Shown: piece after piece, positions 1 to 37,300 of the stretch
Layout: each line of letters opens with the position of its first letter
Position numbering within the stretch: position 1 is the stretch's first letter
DNA from: Daphnia carinata
Taxonomy: Eukaryota
Assembly (NCBI RefSeq): GCF_022539665.2
Contig: NC_081333.1
Coordinates: forward strand, 11,284,001-11,348,000
Direction of reading: 5' to 3'
Length of the DNA stretch: 64,000 bases
Notes under the pieces: model-generated
What the model was told of the DNA's origin: nothing
The model's input: the letters and a program-made list of their open reading frames with translations, nothing else
Database searches by the model: none
Program-made: the position numbers and the translations under genes

Positions 1-681
1 ATGCTTTATCTGATGCTACTAAAAAATCTGGATTATCTAATTGGATTGGTGTGCAACTGGCCGGTATGGTAGTTTTACCCCCATTCCTCATTATGCTAGT
101 TGTTTGTGTTATCACGGCAGCTATAACCGAGGTTGCATCTAATACCGCAGTGGCCAACATATTTCTTCCGATTCTTGCTGACACGGTGATACTTGGTGCA
201 TGTTTAATCAAATTTACTGGTGTCACGTAACAAAATTAATTCCTATTAAATGTAGGCGATAGCAATCCGAATCAATCCTTTATACTTCATGATACCCGTG
301 ACGGCCACTTGGTAGTACAAAATTTAATCATTTATTGGTTTTGTAACACTAGATCGTGGAATATTGGCTATTTTAAAAATATGATTTTGCTTTTATTACA
401 GCTCATACGCTTTCATGCTGCCAGTATCCACTCCACCCAATGCGATCGCATTCGCCGCGGCAAATATGAAACCAAATGAAATGGTAGCTATATGACGTCA
501 AACTAAGCAGCTATTATAAGTGATTCAAAAATATGTTCAACAGATGAAAGCCGGCTGGTTTATCAAGTTGGTGTGCGTTATCGTCATATGCGTCACTATG
601 GAGACGTGGGGTAACGTTGTGTTTGGAAGCAAACAATTTCCAGAATGGGCTAACGTCACCGCAATCACCTTGCGTACTTAG
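1..681 (+). CDS. SLC13-family Na+/di-tricarboxylate (Indy-like) cotransporter, 3' part only (exons <1-185, 256-311, 402-483, 544-681)
   Basis: Manual splicing at GT-AG introns gives ...ALSDATKKSGLSNWIG...ITEVASNTAVANIFLPILA...INPLYFMIPVTATCSYAFMLPVSTPPNAIAF...MMKAGW...FPEWAN...LRT*. The E-x-x-SNTA and AFMLPVSTPPNAI motifs are SLC13/DASS hallmarks. Stop TAG at 679-681. Confidence 0.92.
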
Positions 682-2288
682 CACAATATCCTGTTTTATC
701 TATTTCCATTGAACTTTCCCTGATACGAAGTGGAGTCCTTAAAAGCCATCTGTTTTGACATACGTTTGAAAGCCGATATGTTGAGCAAACACTGTGATGT
801 GATGGTATAAGTTATTCAGCCTGACCATAAAAATTTATTTGAAAAAACTTTAGCCTAAGCATGGCAGAGTGACTTACGGTGTTCGTGGAATTTATCATAG
901 CCAAAATTTTAAAATAAAACAAATATGGACGTATATTTGCGACATCGTGAGCGGCAAAAGATTTTTAGCCAATTCCGTAGTCATAATTTTTCTATTTTCT
1001 AAAATCACAGTAGTGTGTTACTGGGCACAACACATTATTTTAGGACGTATTCCGTTTCTTCAGCTCTTCTTCCGGATTGTATTAACCACGCTCTGAGTAA
1101 GCTACTCGGGGAAGGCCATGTCTGAGCTTAAGGGCTCAATTTAGGTTAGGACTACCATTACCATGTAGGAAGAACGTCGCCCATAAGAACAAAAGGTTCG
1201 ATTCTTTACGACAAAATTATAGAAATTGTTTTTAAAAACTTCTATTGCTTATCTAAACAGGCTTACCAGTGATCTGTTATCCAAGTTGAGCTCTTGCCTC
1301 AGTTCATCGGCAGCTCGTGTGACTTAATCGCACATGACCAGTGGGATCTCAGTAACGTTTTGTGATTCCAGTTCAAGCATCTTCCCAACAACAGCAATGG
1401 CGAAGTGGATGAGTCACATAAATGACAAGGTCTTGCGTTGATTTACATAAAATTTTAGGTAATAATAATTTGGGTACGGGAGATTTCCTGCTAGCTTGGC
1501 CATGTCTATTTCCAGAACAAATAATAATTTAAAAAGATATACAGACATAAAAAATATGAAAACATAAAAACAAAAATGATAGTGATGTCGGATGACTCGG
1601 CTGCCGGAATCTAGTCTGTAAACTTGCCTCATTCTACAGTGGTCACGGATATAACAGCAGTTCTGTTAGTTTAGCGACATTACATCCCGATTGAAGCAAG
1701 CGGCTGCGGCAGGCACGAAGAACACGAACATGCGCCTGAATATCTTACTTGCCCATGATGTACGTTGATGAACCTTCGTCTCATACACGTAAAAATGTGT
1801 CAAATTTATTCATTAGGACTGTTTACCGACAACACCCGCATTATTAAAAGTTACGGGCAAGTCTATTAAACAGTGAAATCCAGTGCATAAATTTCGTTTG
1901 CAAATCGGAGGAAATGATCGGCACGATAAAAGTGGAATGTTTTTGTGCTTCGAAAGCGAAATACAAAATGATGTAAAGGATATATGTTAACTTTTTTCTG
2001 AAGCCCTGAGCAAAACGCAATATCATTGGGCGTTGGACATAAAAAAAAAAAGAAATACCATCAACTAGTCGTCGTTCTTGGCGGAAATTGCTGTTCAAAA
2101 TACATTTGTTGCCATTGACTATTTTTATACCGTGGGTGGTGATAATAACATCTTCATGGTTAAATGGAAGTTATTAGGATAATAGCATAATTGAGCTGGA
2201 TTGTACTAGCTAGCAAAGTATTGGACTTCCAGTTTTTTAACGAAACATAAAACACAAAAAATAAAGTTGGGCCAAAGGGGCAAAGTTG

Positions 2289-3970
2289 GGCGTTCAATTT
2301 CCATTATACCGTACGATTTTCATCAAATTCCAAGGGATTTCGTTTTTTGCCGATTTTGACAAAAGTGAGAAGGCTATAGCCTTCCCACTTTTTCATTTTT
2401 GGCCAAATTCCAAATTTGGCTTAAAATATATGATTTCGATGCAAAATTGAATGCTAATCATTAAAATGAAGTTTATTTTTCAATTGGCTTTATAGTTTTC
2501 GAATTAAACTTGAAAAACAAAAAAGTCGGGCTTATTTTTCTCGGGCTTCAAAAGTCGGGCTTAAAATTTCAATTGATTTTCCTATTAAAAAATAATAATG
2601 GCTGGTTTAAAGAGTAAAACACTTACATAATCGAATTCAACGTTCAATTTTGGCTATGCTGTATGATTTTTATCGAATTCCAAGAGATTTCGGTTTTGGC
2701 CGATTTTGACAAAAGTGAGAAGGCTATAGCCTTCCCACTTTTTCATTTTTGGCTAAAATCTAGATTTCGTTAAAAATACATCATTTCGATTGGAAATTAC
2801 ACGGGAATCACGAAAATCTACCTTGTTTTCTCGTGGGACTGATACCTTTAGAGTTATTCGACTTTTAAGTGGTTGCGGGGCTTGAAAAATAAGCCCGACC
2901 AAAAAAAGTCGGGCTTAAAATTTCTACAGATTTTCCTATTAAAAAATAATAACGGCTGGTTTAAGGAGAAAAAACTTGCATTTTCGAACTCAGTGTCAAA
3001 TTTTGGGTATGCTGTAGGATTTTTATCGAATTCCAAGAGATTTCGTTTTTGGCCGATTTTGACAAAAATGAGAAGGCTATAGCCTTCCCACTTTTTCATT
3101 TTTGGCTAAAATCTAAATTTCGTTAAAAATACATCATTTCGATTGGAAATTACACGGGAATCACGAAAATCTACCTTGTTTTCTCGTAGGACTGATAGTT
3201 CTAGAGTTATTTTACTTTTACGTGGTTGCTGGGCTTGAAAAATAAGCCCGACAAAAAAAGTCGGGCTTAAAATTTATATAGATTTTCTTATTTAAAAAAA
3301 TAACGGCTGGTTTAAAGAGAAAAACAATTACATAATCGAATTCAGCGTTCAATTTTGGGTATGCTGTAGGATTTTTATCGAATTCCAAGAGATTTCGTTT
3401 TTGGCCGATTTTGACAAAAGTGAGAAGGCTATAGCCTTCCCACTTTTTCATTTTTGGCTAAAATCTAAATTTCGTTAAAAATACATCATTTCGATTGGAA
3501 ATTACACGGGGATCACGAAAATTGACCTTGTTTTCTCGTGGAACTGATACCTTTAGAGTTATTCGACTTTTAAGTGGTTGCGGGGCTTGAAAAATAAGCC
3601 CGACAAAAAAAGTCGGGCTTAAAATTTCTATAGATTTTCCAATAAAAAAATTATAACGGGTGGTTTAAGGAAAATAACACTTACCGTAATCGAAGTCAGC
3701 GTTCAATTTTGGCTATGCCATGTGATTTTTATCGAATTCCAAGAGATTTCGTTTTTTGCCGATTTTTACAAAAGAGAGAAGGGTATAGCCTTCTCACTTT
3801 TTCATTTTTGGGCCAAATTTCAAATTTGACTTAAAATATATGATTTTGATGAGCATTGAATGCTAATCACGAGAATCAAGTTTATTTTTTAATTTGCTTT
3901 ATAATTTTTTAATTAAATTTTAAAAAAAACAAGAAAGTCGGGCTTATTTTTTTGTCGGGCTTATTTTCAA
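2289..3970. repeat. Tandem array of ~352 bp palindromic units (about 4.7 copies); satellite or non-autonomous foldback-like element
   Basis: The anchor AGG(C/G)TATAGC recurs at 2371, 2721, 3074, 3426 and 3780 (spacing 350-354). Each copy lies in the near-perfect palindrome AAAAGTGAGAAGGCTATAGCCTTCCCACTTTT. A second hairpin AAGCCCGAC-(A-rich loop)-GTCGGGCTT occurs in the three central units. Confidence 0.93.
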
Positions 3971-5225
3971 CCCAACAGTTTGGCGAAAAAGAAAATATAC
4001 CACTTGGAATGCTATAAGAATTCCACGTTGTACTAAAAATTAAACTGTTATTCTAAGGAAAAATTATTCCTTTTTTCGTCAAACCAACTGTTTCTTAAAT
4101 ATATTGAATTTTCCTTTACTGATTCTGTCTAGTTGGAATGATACGGGACATCATCGAACCAGTTTTTTACAGCATTTCTCTCAATAGATGGGGTTAGCTG
4201 TAGTAGGGATTCGTTTTTTATGGGTTGTCGTACAGCGATTGTCATTTTTCGCTAAATTCTAAATATACTTAGATTTCGTTTTATACGAAGGCTGCATATT
4301 TTAGTCGGGAATAAAGAAAATTCTGGCCGATGCGGTCTGACACAATTTTCAAACCGTGAATGTATTTTATTTATATTCTCATACAATAAGGGAGCTAGAG
4401 AGAAAGAAAGACGGAGAGGGAGAGAGCCAAAAAAGATGTGTGATATGGCCGGGGCGAGTTCTATCAAAAGCGAAAAAGCAAATAATCAAAGGTGTCAAGA
4501 TAAGTAAATAAAGAAGATACAACCGAAAATAAGAGTCTGAAACGGAAAAACGGGTGTTATCATGATAGCGATAGCTCCAGTTTTTTCCCAAAACACCGTT
4601 GAAAAAAAAAACAATAAACAAAAATTAAAAAGAGAAATGACAAAGTCGTAATTCAAGGCAGTTTTCATACAAGACTAATCTTTGAAAAACAAGAAACAAA
4701 GTCGCGTTTCAGAGAGTTTTCGCTACCATGCTCTAAGACTCCAAACTGGAGGTGAGAAGCACTACAATGGTCAAGCTATTGAAGAGAAGAGAGAGAGAGT
4801 GGGCTTGTCATGGATATAGATAGGGCACTCAAAAAGGCTGGCAAGGTTGTAGTCCGGATGTGTTCGTTAGACAGTAGATATTCACGCGTCTTCAATCACT
4901 TATTATTTTGCTTTTTTTTTCATCTGTTATGCTCACGATGGTGACGGGCTCAATAAAGTCCCTCGTTTTCCATCTCTGTTTTGTGTGCTATTTGGCAGTG
5001 TCTATAGCCAGTCGTTCCTGTATTCTTGCTCGTCTAATCAGCATGTGAGTTGGCGATAAAGGAGGATTGGGGAAGGGAGAGGAGTAATTTAATTTTTCAA
5101 CAATTTTTTTGTTTGTTTTTGTGTGCTTTTTCTTGGGCGAAAATCTACTTAGAAATGATTTTTCGAATTTTGGGAAATTTCTCAGCAAACCAATTCAAAT
5201 TCAATGTGCTTTTCAAAAACTCTTT

Positions 5226-29995
<24,770 letters not shown>

Positions 29996-31279
29996 GGTGT
30001 AAAGCCTGTGGCTGCCGCTATGCTCCCGCCCGCCGGGCTATTCAGATACCAGGCCAAACGACCCGAGTCACACACACACGCGGACCGATGTTTTCGGTCC
30101 CGATCACGTAAAGACTTCAGCGATTCAATCGCCACCTGTTGTCTTTAATAACAATTGATTGAGAAAACACATCTGTTACAAAACATTTTTGCTTGAGGAA
30201 TGAAACAAAGACGTGATACGTCTAAAACCTATGACAAACGGATGCCAAATGAAGTGCCAGAAACTTAGTTTCGAATTCGGGCACAAATGAAAATTTATTG
30301 CAGTTATTTGTTTCATTTCGTACGGACGGGAATGAAAGAAAAGATGAACAGATTGATGGGTGTGGTACGATGGTATTCGTTTATTCGCCGTGACCCGCGC
30401 CGTCTGGCTTGTTTTCTCCCTACCAAACGAATCAGAGCAGCTGTTGTAGTGTAGCTCACTGCTAAATTTAAAAGTTTCGTCATTGCCGACTACGAAAACC
30501 AGCATCCGAAACAAGCAAAAAATTTTAGGATCTACCTTTTAATTTAATCACCACCAGCAGACATAACCAACAATAACCGTGAGAAGAACAACAACGTGAT
30601 CGATCAGGCCCTTTCAAAGCCCGTAGGTAAAAAAAAAAAAAAAAAGAGGTTTAATTTATATACTAGAAAATTACGGTCTCTCCCCGAAGACACCTTTAGC
30701 TGGTCGTGTCTGTCCCGCTTAACGATGTTATTTTAAACGGTGTTTTTTTTTTATATTCGTACAAGTCTAAAAAAAAAAGGGAAGTATTCGTAGGTGGTTT
30801 AGACGTCAGCAAGAATGAGATTTGGGTCACCAGCAGGATATTGCATTTTTTTGTTTGTCAAAATTCTTTGTTTTTCTTTTTTAATTCAGCATTTCCAACT
30901 TGTCTTCATTTCCAATCCCCCCATCTTTCAAGCCAAAAAAGGACTGGAACGAATCGGTTCTCTAACATTGCGCAGACCCCAAAGCTGTGACATGTTCATC
31001 TTTTGCCTTTCCATCTTACTCCCGCAGTATGTGAAGGAAAGGAATGTCCATAGATGGCGCTACCGGTGCTAAGCGACACGGATCCCGAAAGCCGACAGGA
31101 TCGTCCCAACTGGAACGTATATCAACAAACATCACAAAAGTAGATCACATTCTACTTGCCTTTAACTAATCCGTTAATTTCTCGTCTTCCCAACAAGCTA
31201 GATAAAAACTGTAGCGCTTGATGTCACAACAGGATCGAACTGAACGACACGAATGACAAAATAAAAGGAAGATGCTTAC

Positions 31280-32800
31280 GGATTGGTGACGAATCCTTTG
31301 TTGGTTTGCTAAGAATATCCAATGTTAACCCGTTTTTTTTTTGCAATCAATCCCCCGTTTACTTTGGATCGTTGGGTACTTAGCGAATCAAAACGGCCGT
31401 TTGTGTACTTGCTTCGGCACGGCTGCGACGCTCTCGACCAACTGGACCAACACAGACGTCGCAACGCCTAATAACGCACGCGTTTACCTTCACGGCACGG
31501 CACGATGAGAGCGAATGAGAGAAACAGTGGCGTGTGTGTCTGTGTGTGTCGACGTGTGTTGTAGACAGGAGGAGAGAAAGGTTTTTGGGGTTTGTAGGTT
31601 TTTCGGGGTGGCTGACGGAGGGGGGTGGACTAAGGCTGCGCCGTCGTTCTTATAATGTTAGCCGCTCCGGACTGGGCATGGGATTCGTTCTAAGTCTCTA
31701 CGACGGACTGTTTAAAAATAGCCCACGCCATCACTGTTTCAAAAATTCTTCGACGTAGCATGCGGAGGAGGAGGAGGCAGCAAACGAAGGAGATGGGAGG
31801 ACGTCGTCGGTAGGAGTGAAGAGAGACATTCCTCCCACACCGACTGACAACGGGCCCGAAAAGAACGAAGGTTAGTTAGTAGTACACACGGGAAGGCGGT
31901 TGGGATGAGGCAAATTAAAAAAAAATTAAAAAATAAATGAAGGTTTTTAAAGCAAACCGGCGGGAGGTGACCCCACAGTCTACTTATACGGGGATGATTC
32001 ACCACGGTTCGAAATCGTATTGGTCTGACGTGGAAGCTAACAAAAAGAACGCATACACATTCACACAGTCACATACCTCAAACGGCGATGTGAATCAACT
32101 GTTGACAAAATCGTTAAGAGATGTTTCCAATCATACGCCTTAAATGGTGCACGGAATTCGACGGGCGAATCCTTCTGAACAATATCACACACGCCACGGA
32201 TGTTTCAATTCATCACACGTTCACATGCAAGATGTAACAATAGACCGCACAGAAAAAATGAAAAATGAACTAACCGCTTCCAGTTGATCCGTAACGTCTC
32301 GCGCACTTCTCACAACCGACTGCGACAACAACGAACAGCTTCATGTCCAGAAGACTATAAAGCTTAGCGGAGCTCGATGTACACCTTCTCCACACCTTTT
32401 CTTTTTTTCTCTCCCATTCTCTTTTTTTTTTTAGCGCTTTTAGGTTTCGAAAAAAAACAATAATACATTATTTACGATGGTGGAACTTGGTTTTCAAAAA
32501 GGAAAAAAAAAAATATATGGTACCCCCTTCCAAAAAGAAAATATCTATTCTACCCAGACTCTTTTTTCTTTTTCTCCGATTCTGTCTGCACGCGCTAGCT
32601 CATTCTCTCTTTTTTTCCTACTCTTCCTCCGCCGGAACGGCCCGATCCTTATATAGACGCATTGGAACTGGCAGAGAGGGAGAGAGAAGGCAAACTTCGT
32701 TTTTGTTCATGTTTTCTATGTTGAAAAAAAAAAAGGTACTTACACTCAACACGCTCCACTGCTTACCACACAGACACACTCGTTCACAGCAACAACAACT
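31280..32800 (-). promoter_or_regulatory. Candidate filamin promoter region with alternative non-coding first exons
   Basis: Minus-strand donors |gtaagc (exon end 31280), |gttagt (~32276) and |gtaagt (exon end 32744), each downstream of a CAGT Inr-like word. Common acceptor aacag| at 30135, upstream of the ATG. Confidence 0.4.
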
Positions 32801-34311
32801 GTGCACAGTGGGCGGCCAGATTTCCAGCCGCGCACGATTGCCCAGCTTTTCTTGGTCATCATTTCATCAAGTACGACCAAATAGGAAAAAATCTTGGTAG
32901 TAAACGAAAACAAAAAAAAATGGGAACAACAAAAAAAATGTGAATAATTTAACAGAATCACACTGTGCCGGGAGATATGAAACGTGCTCTGCGATACTCT
33001 CGGTTTAAGTAGTATGAAACAAAACCGGCCATTCGTTACTATACAGATGAACACAACCAGCATTTCGCTGGCCCTCACGAGGGGAAAAGAAATGTAAAGC
33101 GACTATATCTTGTACCCATTTCCATCCTGCACGAGCGAGAAAAAATACATTAATAAAACGTTTGACCATTTGAAATATTGGACAGCTCTCATACATTAGC
33201 CGACCCGATTGTGAATTTCACATAGTTCTAAACCAAGAAGAAGCAAAAAAACAAAGTATTGTATTGTCTTGTTAGTTTTGTTTTGTTTTTGTTTTGCTCT
33301 TTCTCTAAATTTTTTTTTCTGGTTTAAAGGGCGAGTTAAATAACAAGACACAGGGCATCGAGACAGGTTGGGGTAAAGAAAGAAGTGATGGGGGTGTGTA
33401 CAATATCCGTTGAAGACTAGACTACAAAACAAAGAACATGTTTGTTTGTTATCAGTTTGGAGGGGAAAAATTAAAATCAACTCCTGCTCCAGGGCCAGCA
33501 TCAGTGTAGCGGAATTTTCATGGTTCCGTCTCCACGTTGCCAAAGCCCTGAAGAAGGCGAATGGGAGTAGCACAGAATAAATCAGTGACCCATCAATCAA
33601 TAATGTATACGATCCCTCTTCTCTTTTCTTTTTTTATCAAATCGAATACGCGCGAAGCTGAAATGAATGTCGTTGACGAAATTTATACTGTTTGTCACAC
33701 GTATAAGAGAAAGATATCGGCGATAATGAGCTCGTGGATAGACAAGAGGTAGAACGCAAGAAAGAAAAAGGGAAAATTTCATTCGGGAGGCTAGTATTGC
33801 ACTCCCAACTATGCCGTAAAACTATGCAATTCAAAAAAGAAAACACAAGAGGAACAACATTCTTCGGAGGGGTGCGTATTTTTGTGTGACAGTGGGAAAC
33901 CATAGATAAGAGACATAGCTAAAGGAAAAGAAAAAATAACTCTGCACAGGTCCTGTTAGGTTCAGGTGAAGGACTCTCTACGTCCCCACCCTCCCCCCCA
34001 CCGACGTTGTACGTGTTACACAGAAAGGAGACTAAGCCATTTTCTGTAGCGCTGACGCGAAAACACTAGTTATGACATCACTCTTTGTCATTTGATGGCA
34101 CTTGGTAAAAGTAAAAAGCTGCTGCTGCTAGCAAAATGTTCCAATAGAGAGAAAGAAACGAAAAGCACATTGTCTGCTTATTCCGCCATTTGCGTAGGAT
34201 GAATAAAGTGGAAAAAAAAGAGCTTTCAACGACAATATAAGGACAGGAAATAACAATTGATGGTGTTTTGCTGTGTTATTGACTCATTCTTCCTGTTGTC
34301 CGGCTAATCTC

Positions 34312-37300
34312 TCATGGCTCGAAGGTGGCCGTCAGCCGCGAGAAGAAGCGGTAGAAGGCCAGGAAGAACGAGACGAACAATACGAGCAGGGGCATCAGAC
34401 ATAACGCCGTCGCCTATAAGAAACGCGCGGATACACCCACAAAAAAAAAAAACGAGGCACACGACGAAAAGAGAGGAACATAGACAGAAAAAAGAATAAT
34501 AACCAATGAATCAGCTTTTTTGTTTTCTATGTATCCGCCAATGGCATCAATTTCTTACGTCAATGCGGTGTTAGTCGAAACGGCAAAATGAAAGTTTAAA
34601 GGATAACGTGAATCGAAGCAACAAAAAGTGATAAAAAATGTTTCTGAATGGTTTTTTTTGCGTTGTTTTTCTTTTTGGCCACGAACATCGAACTAACAAA
34701 ACAATAAATTCATCTCTAAAATAAATTTTGAAAGGCACATAAACACAAGTCGACAGACAAGAGAAAAGAAAGCCAATAATAAGAAGGTAACAAATACCGC
34801 AGAAAAAAAAATGAAAACGGAAGCCAAGCGAGAGAGGAAAAAGGAAAATTCAAATTAAAGTCGAATCTATTGAAGAGTTCAAATAGCTTCTTATTTGCTT
34901 TGTTTTTCCCGATTTTTTTTCTCCTCATTCTCACTTTGTTCGTTTCCTTAAAAAAAAAAAAGAGTCGACGGAAAGAGCGGACCAAAAAAACAAAAATAAT
35001 GTCTGAAAAGGCACACACGTTTTGTTTTCTAAAGGAAGACAAAAGAAAGAGAATCGGTGTTTCCCCTTTCTCTGAACTTTTAAATCTTAATTTCAATCCG
35101 ATGGCCTAAAAGCTATGAGGACCGCCAAGACAAGAACGGCCAATGGGACTACATACATCCAGCGGCCAACCTAGAAAATGCATTCGGCATTCAAAAGAAA
35201 CAAAAATAAAGAAGAGAAAAGAAAACGAAAGACAGAAATAAATATCAGCATTGTCAAACCAAAGAAAATGAAAGGAAAAATTATAAGTAAAAAGTAGTGC
35301 ACAAAAGTGAGAGAAAGATTTAGACCCAAAATTAAACGATTTTGGACTTACCGTTTTTGACTGAGAAGAGAGCAACGAGTAATTGTCCTTTAACTGGGAA
35401 AATTCTTCTTCCAGCTCCTTCTTCTCGCTTTGTACATTTTCGTAGTGGCGCTTCAATGTTTCAAGTTCCCTCTGTACCTCAGACAACTGCTAGAAATGAA
35501 ATAAAACACACGTTCGGGATTTCTAAATTTTGGATTCTTGTTTGTCTTTTACCTGAGTGGTTATGGATTCGTCGGTAACAAGATCGTCAGCCGAATTCAG
35601 TTCCCGAATGCCTGAATCTCTCATTTCAGGATCACGGGAACTAGGGGGATTATTGACTGGACTGCTAAATCCGCTGGCTACACCACTGTCTCGATTCTCG
35701 ACGCTGAGCGCAAGCGATTGATAGGCCCTCTGCCATTTCTGGCGTTCCTCGATTTGTTCTATCCTCGACACTTCCATCCTGCGAAGTAAAAGCGACAAAT
35801 GCGAACATGAGAATAATGGCATTCAAAGAAGACAAGCAAAATTTAATATTACTCTTTTAATTGGATGGTGAGGATAGCGACTTCATCCCTAAGATATTCC
35901 ATCTCGGACGTCAGACCCTTCTGGTTAGCAGTGTGTTGTGCACGCTTCTCTTCCTTCTCGTAATTGCTCAGCCGCACTGAAATCATGAATGAAAACAATA
36001 AGCATGCAGAATATGTTTTGGAAAAAAAAAGTTTAGTCTTACGTGTTAATAGCGAAATGAGGTCCTTGTTTTTCGCATTCGCTTCTCGAAGCTCTTGATA
36101 CTCATTGTTTAGCGAAACGATGCTGGTACGAACAAGCTCTGCCAGCGCAGACGGTTCATCGGTGAATTCCTCATCTTGCTCGGACGAACCTTTAAGGATA
36201 TTGTGCAGATTTCTAAAGTATTGTTGTAGGTGAGCAGCAGCGGACCAGCCATCTTGTGCTTCCAGCTGCCGTCTCTCAACTTCTGACTCAAGTACTCGGC
36301 ACTTGGCGCGCGTTTCTTCCAAAAGCTCTGTCGTAATAAAAACACGAAATAATATAGCTACTGTCCATATGTGGAGAACAGCAAACATAAAGCTCGGGGT
36401 GATCAATTTTGGCTGCAAAAAAAAAAGGGTGGGGACTACAAATGTTCCACGTCAGCAAATGACAAAGCAAAGAACAAACGGCATGCAGCAAAGAAAGCAA
36501 TACAAAGCTGGAATGGTGCCACAAAGGGTTAGTTCAGTCACCTTGTAAAATTAAACTACAACATGCCAACTGATTGCGGTAAAGATAACAATCCCACGTG
36601 CACGGACCTACACAATCGCCAAACAATAAATCAGGTATCTAAATTGGTGACAGGAATGTTCGATCAAGCCCTAATACTCCATTACGTGAAGGATTATGCA
36701 TTAATTACATAACGGGTATGTTAAACGAGTTAAATTAAAGGTCATGGGCATTTAAATGTAAGGTATGACAAATGAATTGTAAGAACGGCCATCCAAGTCC
36801 AAAATGATAAGGCAACGAAATCCAAAACCAACAGAAAAAAGATAGGGCAAATAGCTGAAAATGGAGCAGGCATTCCATACCTTGTAGACGATCAACTTCT
36901 TTTGACTTGTATCCAATAGGATCTGGGACAAATTCTCCATTGAGATTCTGAGCCATAGAAATAAAGCCAATAAGAAAAGATGCAGGTAATTAGTAGCCAT
37001 TGATTTACTTTTGCGTATGATGTTTTTAGTTGTGACTCAAGTTGGGCAACACGATGTCTTAACGTTTCCGTTTGATTTTCTTTGACATTGTTACTTTTAT
37101 CTTCAACTTCATCTCCGCCGATTTCATTTTCATCTTTCTTCAGTTCTTCTGTTACTTTCATTGAATCAAGGCGTAGTCTTAGATTGGCGAGCTGCTCTTT
37201 GGTGAAATCGATTTCCGCTTGCCTGCTCTCCACCTGTTTTGAAAATGATACCATTATAAACGAAATTTCAAAAGCAAAGAATTTTCAAAAATCACCTGAG

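Noticed and set aside
1100..1800. Exon-like minus-strand segments with gtaag donors (e.g. MLELESQNVTEIPLVMCD*...)
   Set aside because: In-frame stop, no recognisable homology and no consistent gene model. It could be a decayed fragment, but the sequence alone does not support a call.
2854..3451. Duplicated short ORFs (MKKWEGYSLL...)
   Set aside because: By-products of the tandem repeat; the frames are not maintained across units.
2289..3970. CRISPR-like appearance of regularly spaced palindromes
   Set aside because: The sequences between palindromes are themselves repeated and ~320 bp long. The context is eukaryotic and there are no cas genes.
36330..36881. Hydrophobic reading frames in a SLMAP intron suggesting a third membrane anchor
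   Set aside because: T-rich intron sequence gives hydrophobic translations by chance. The acceptors are out of phase or would need a ~26 nt intron.
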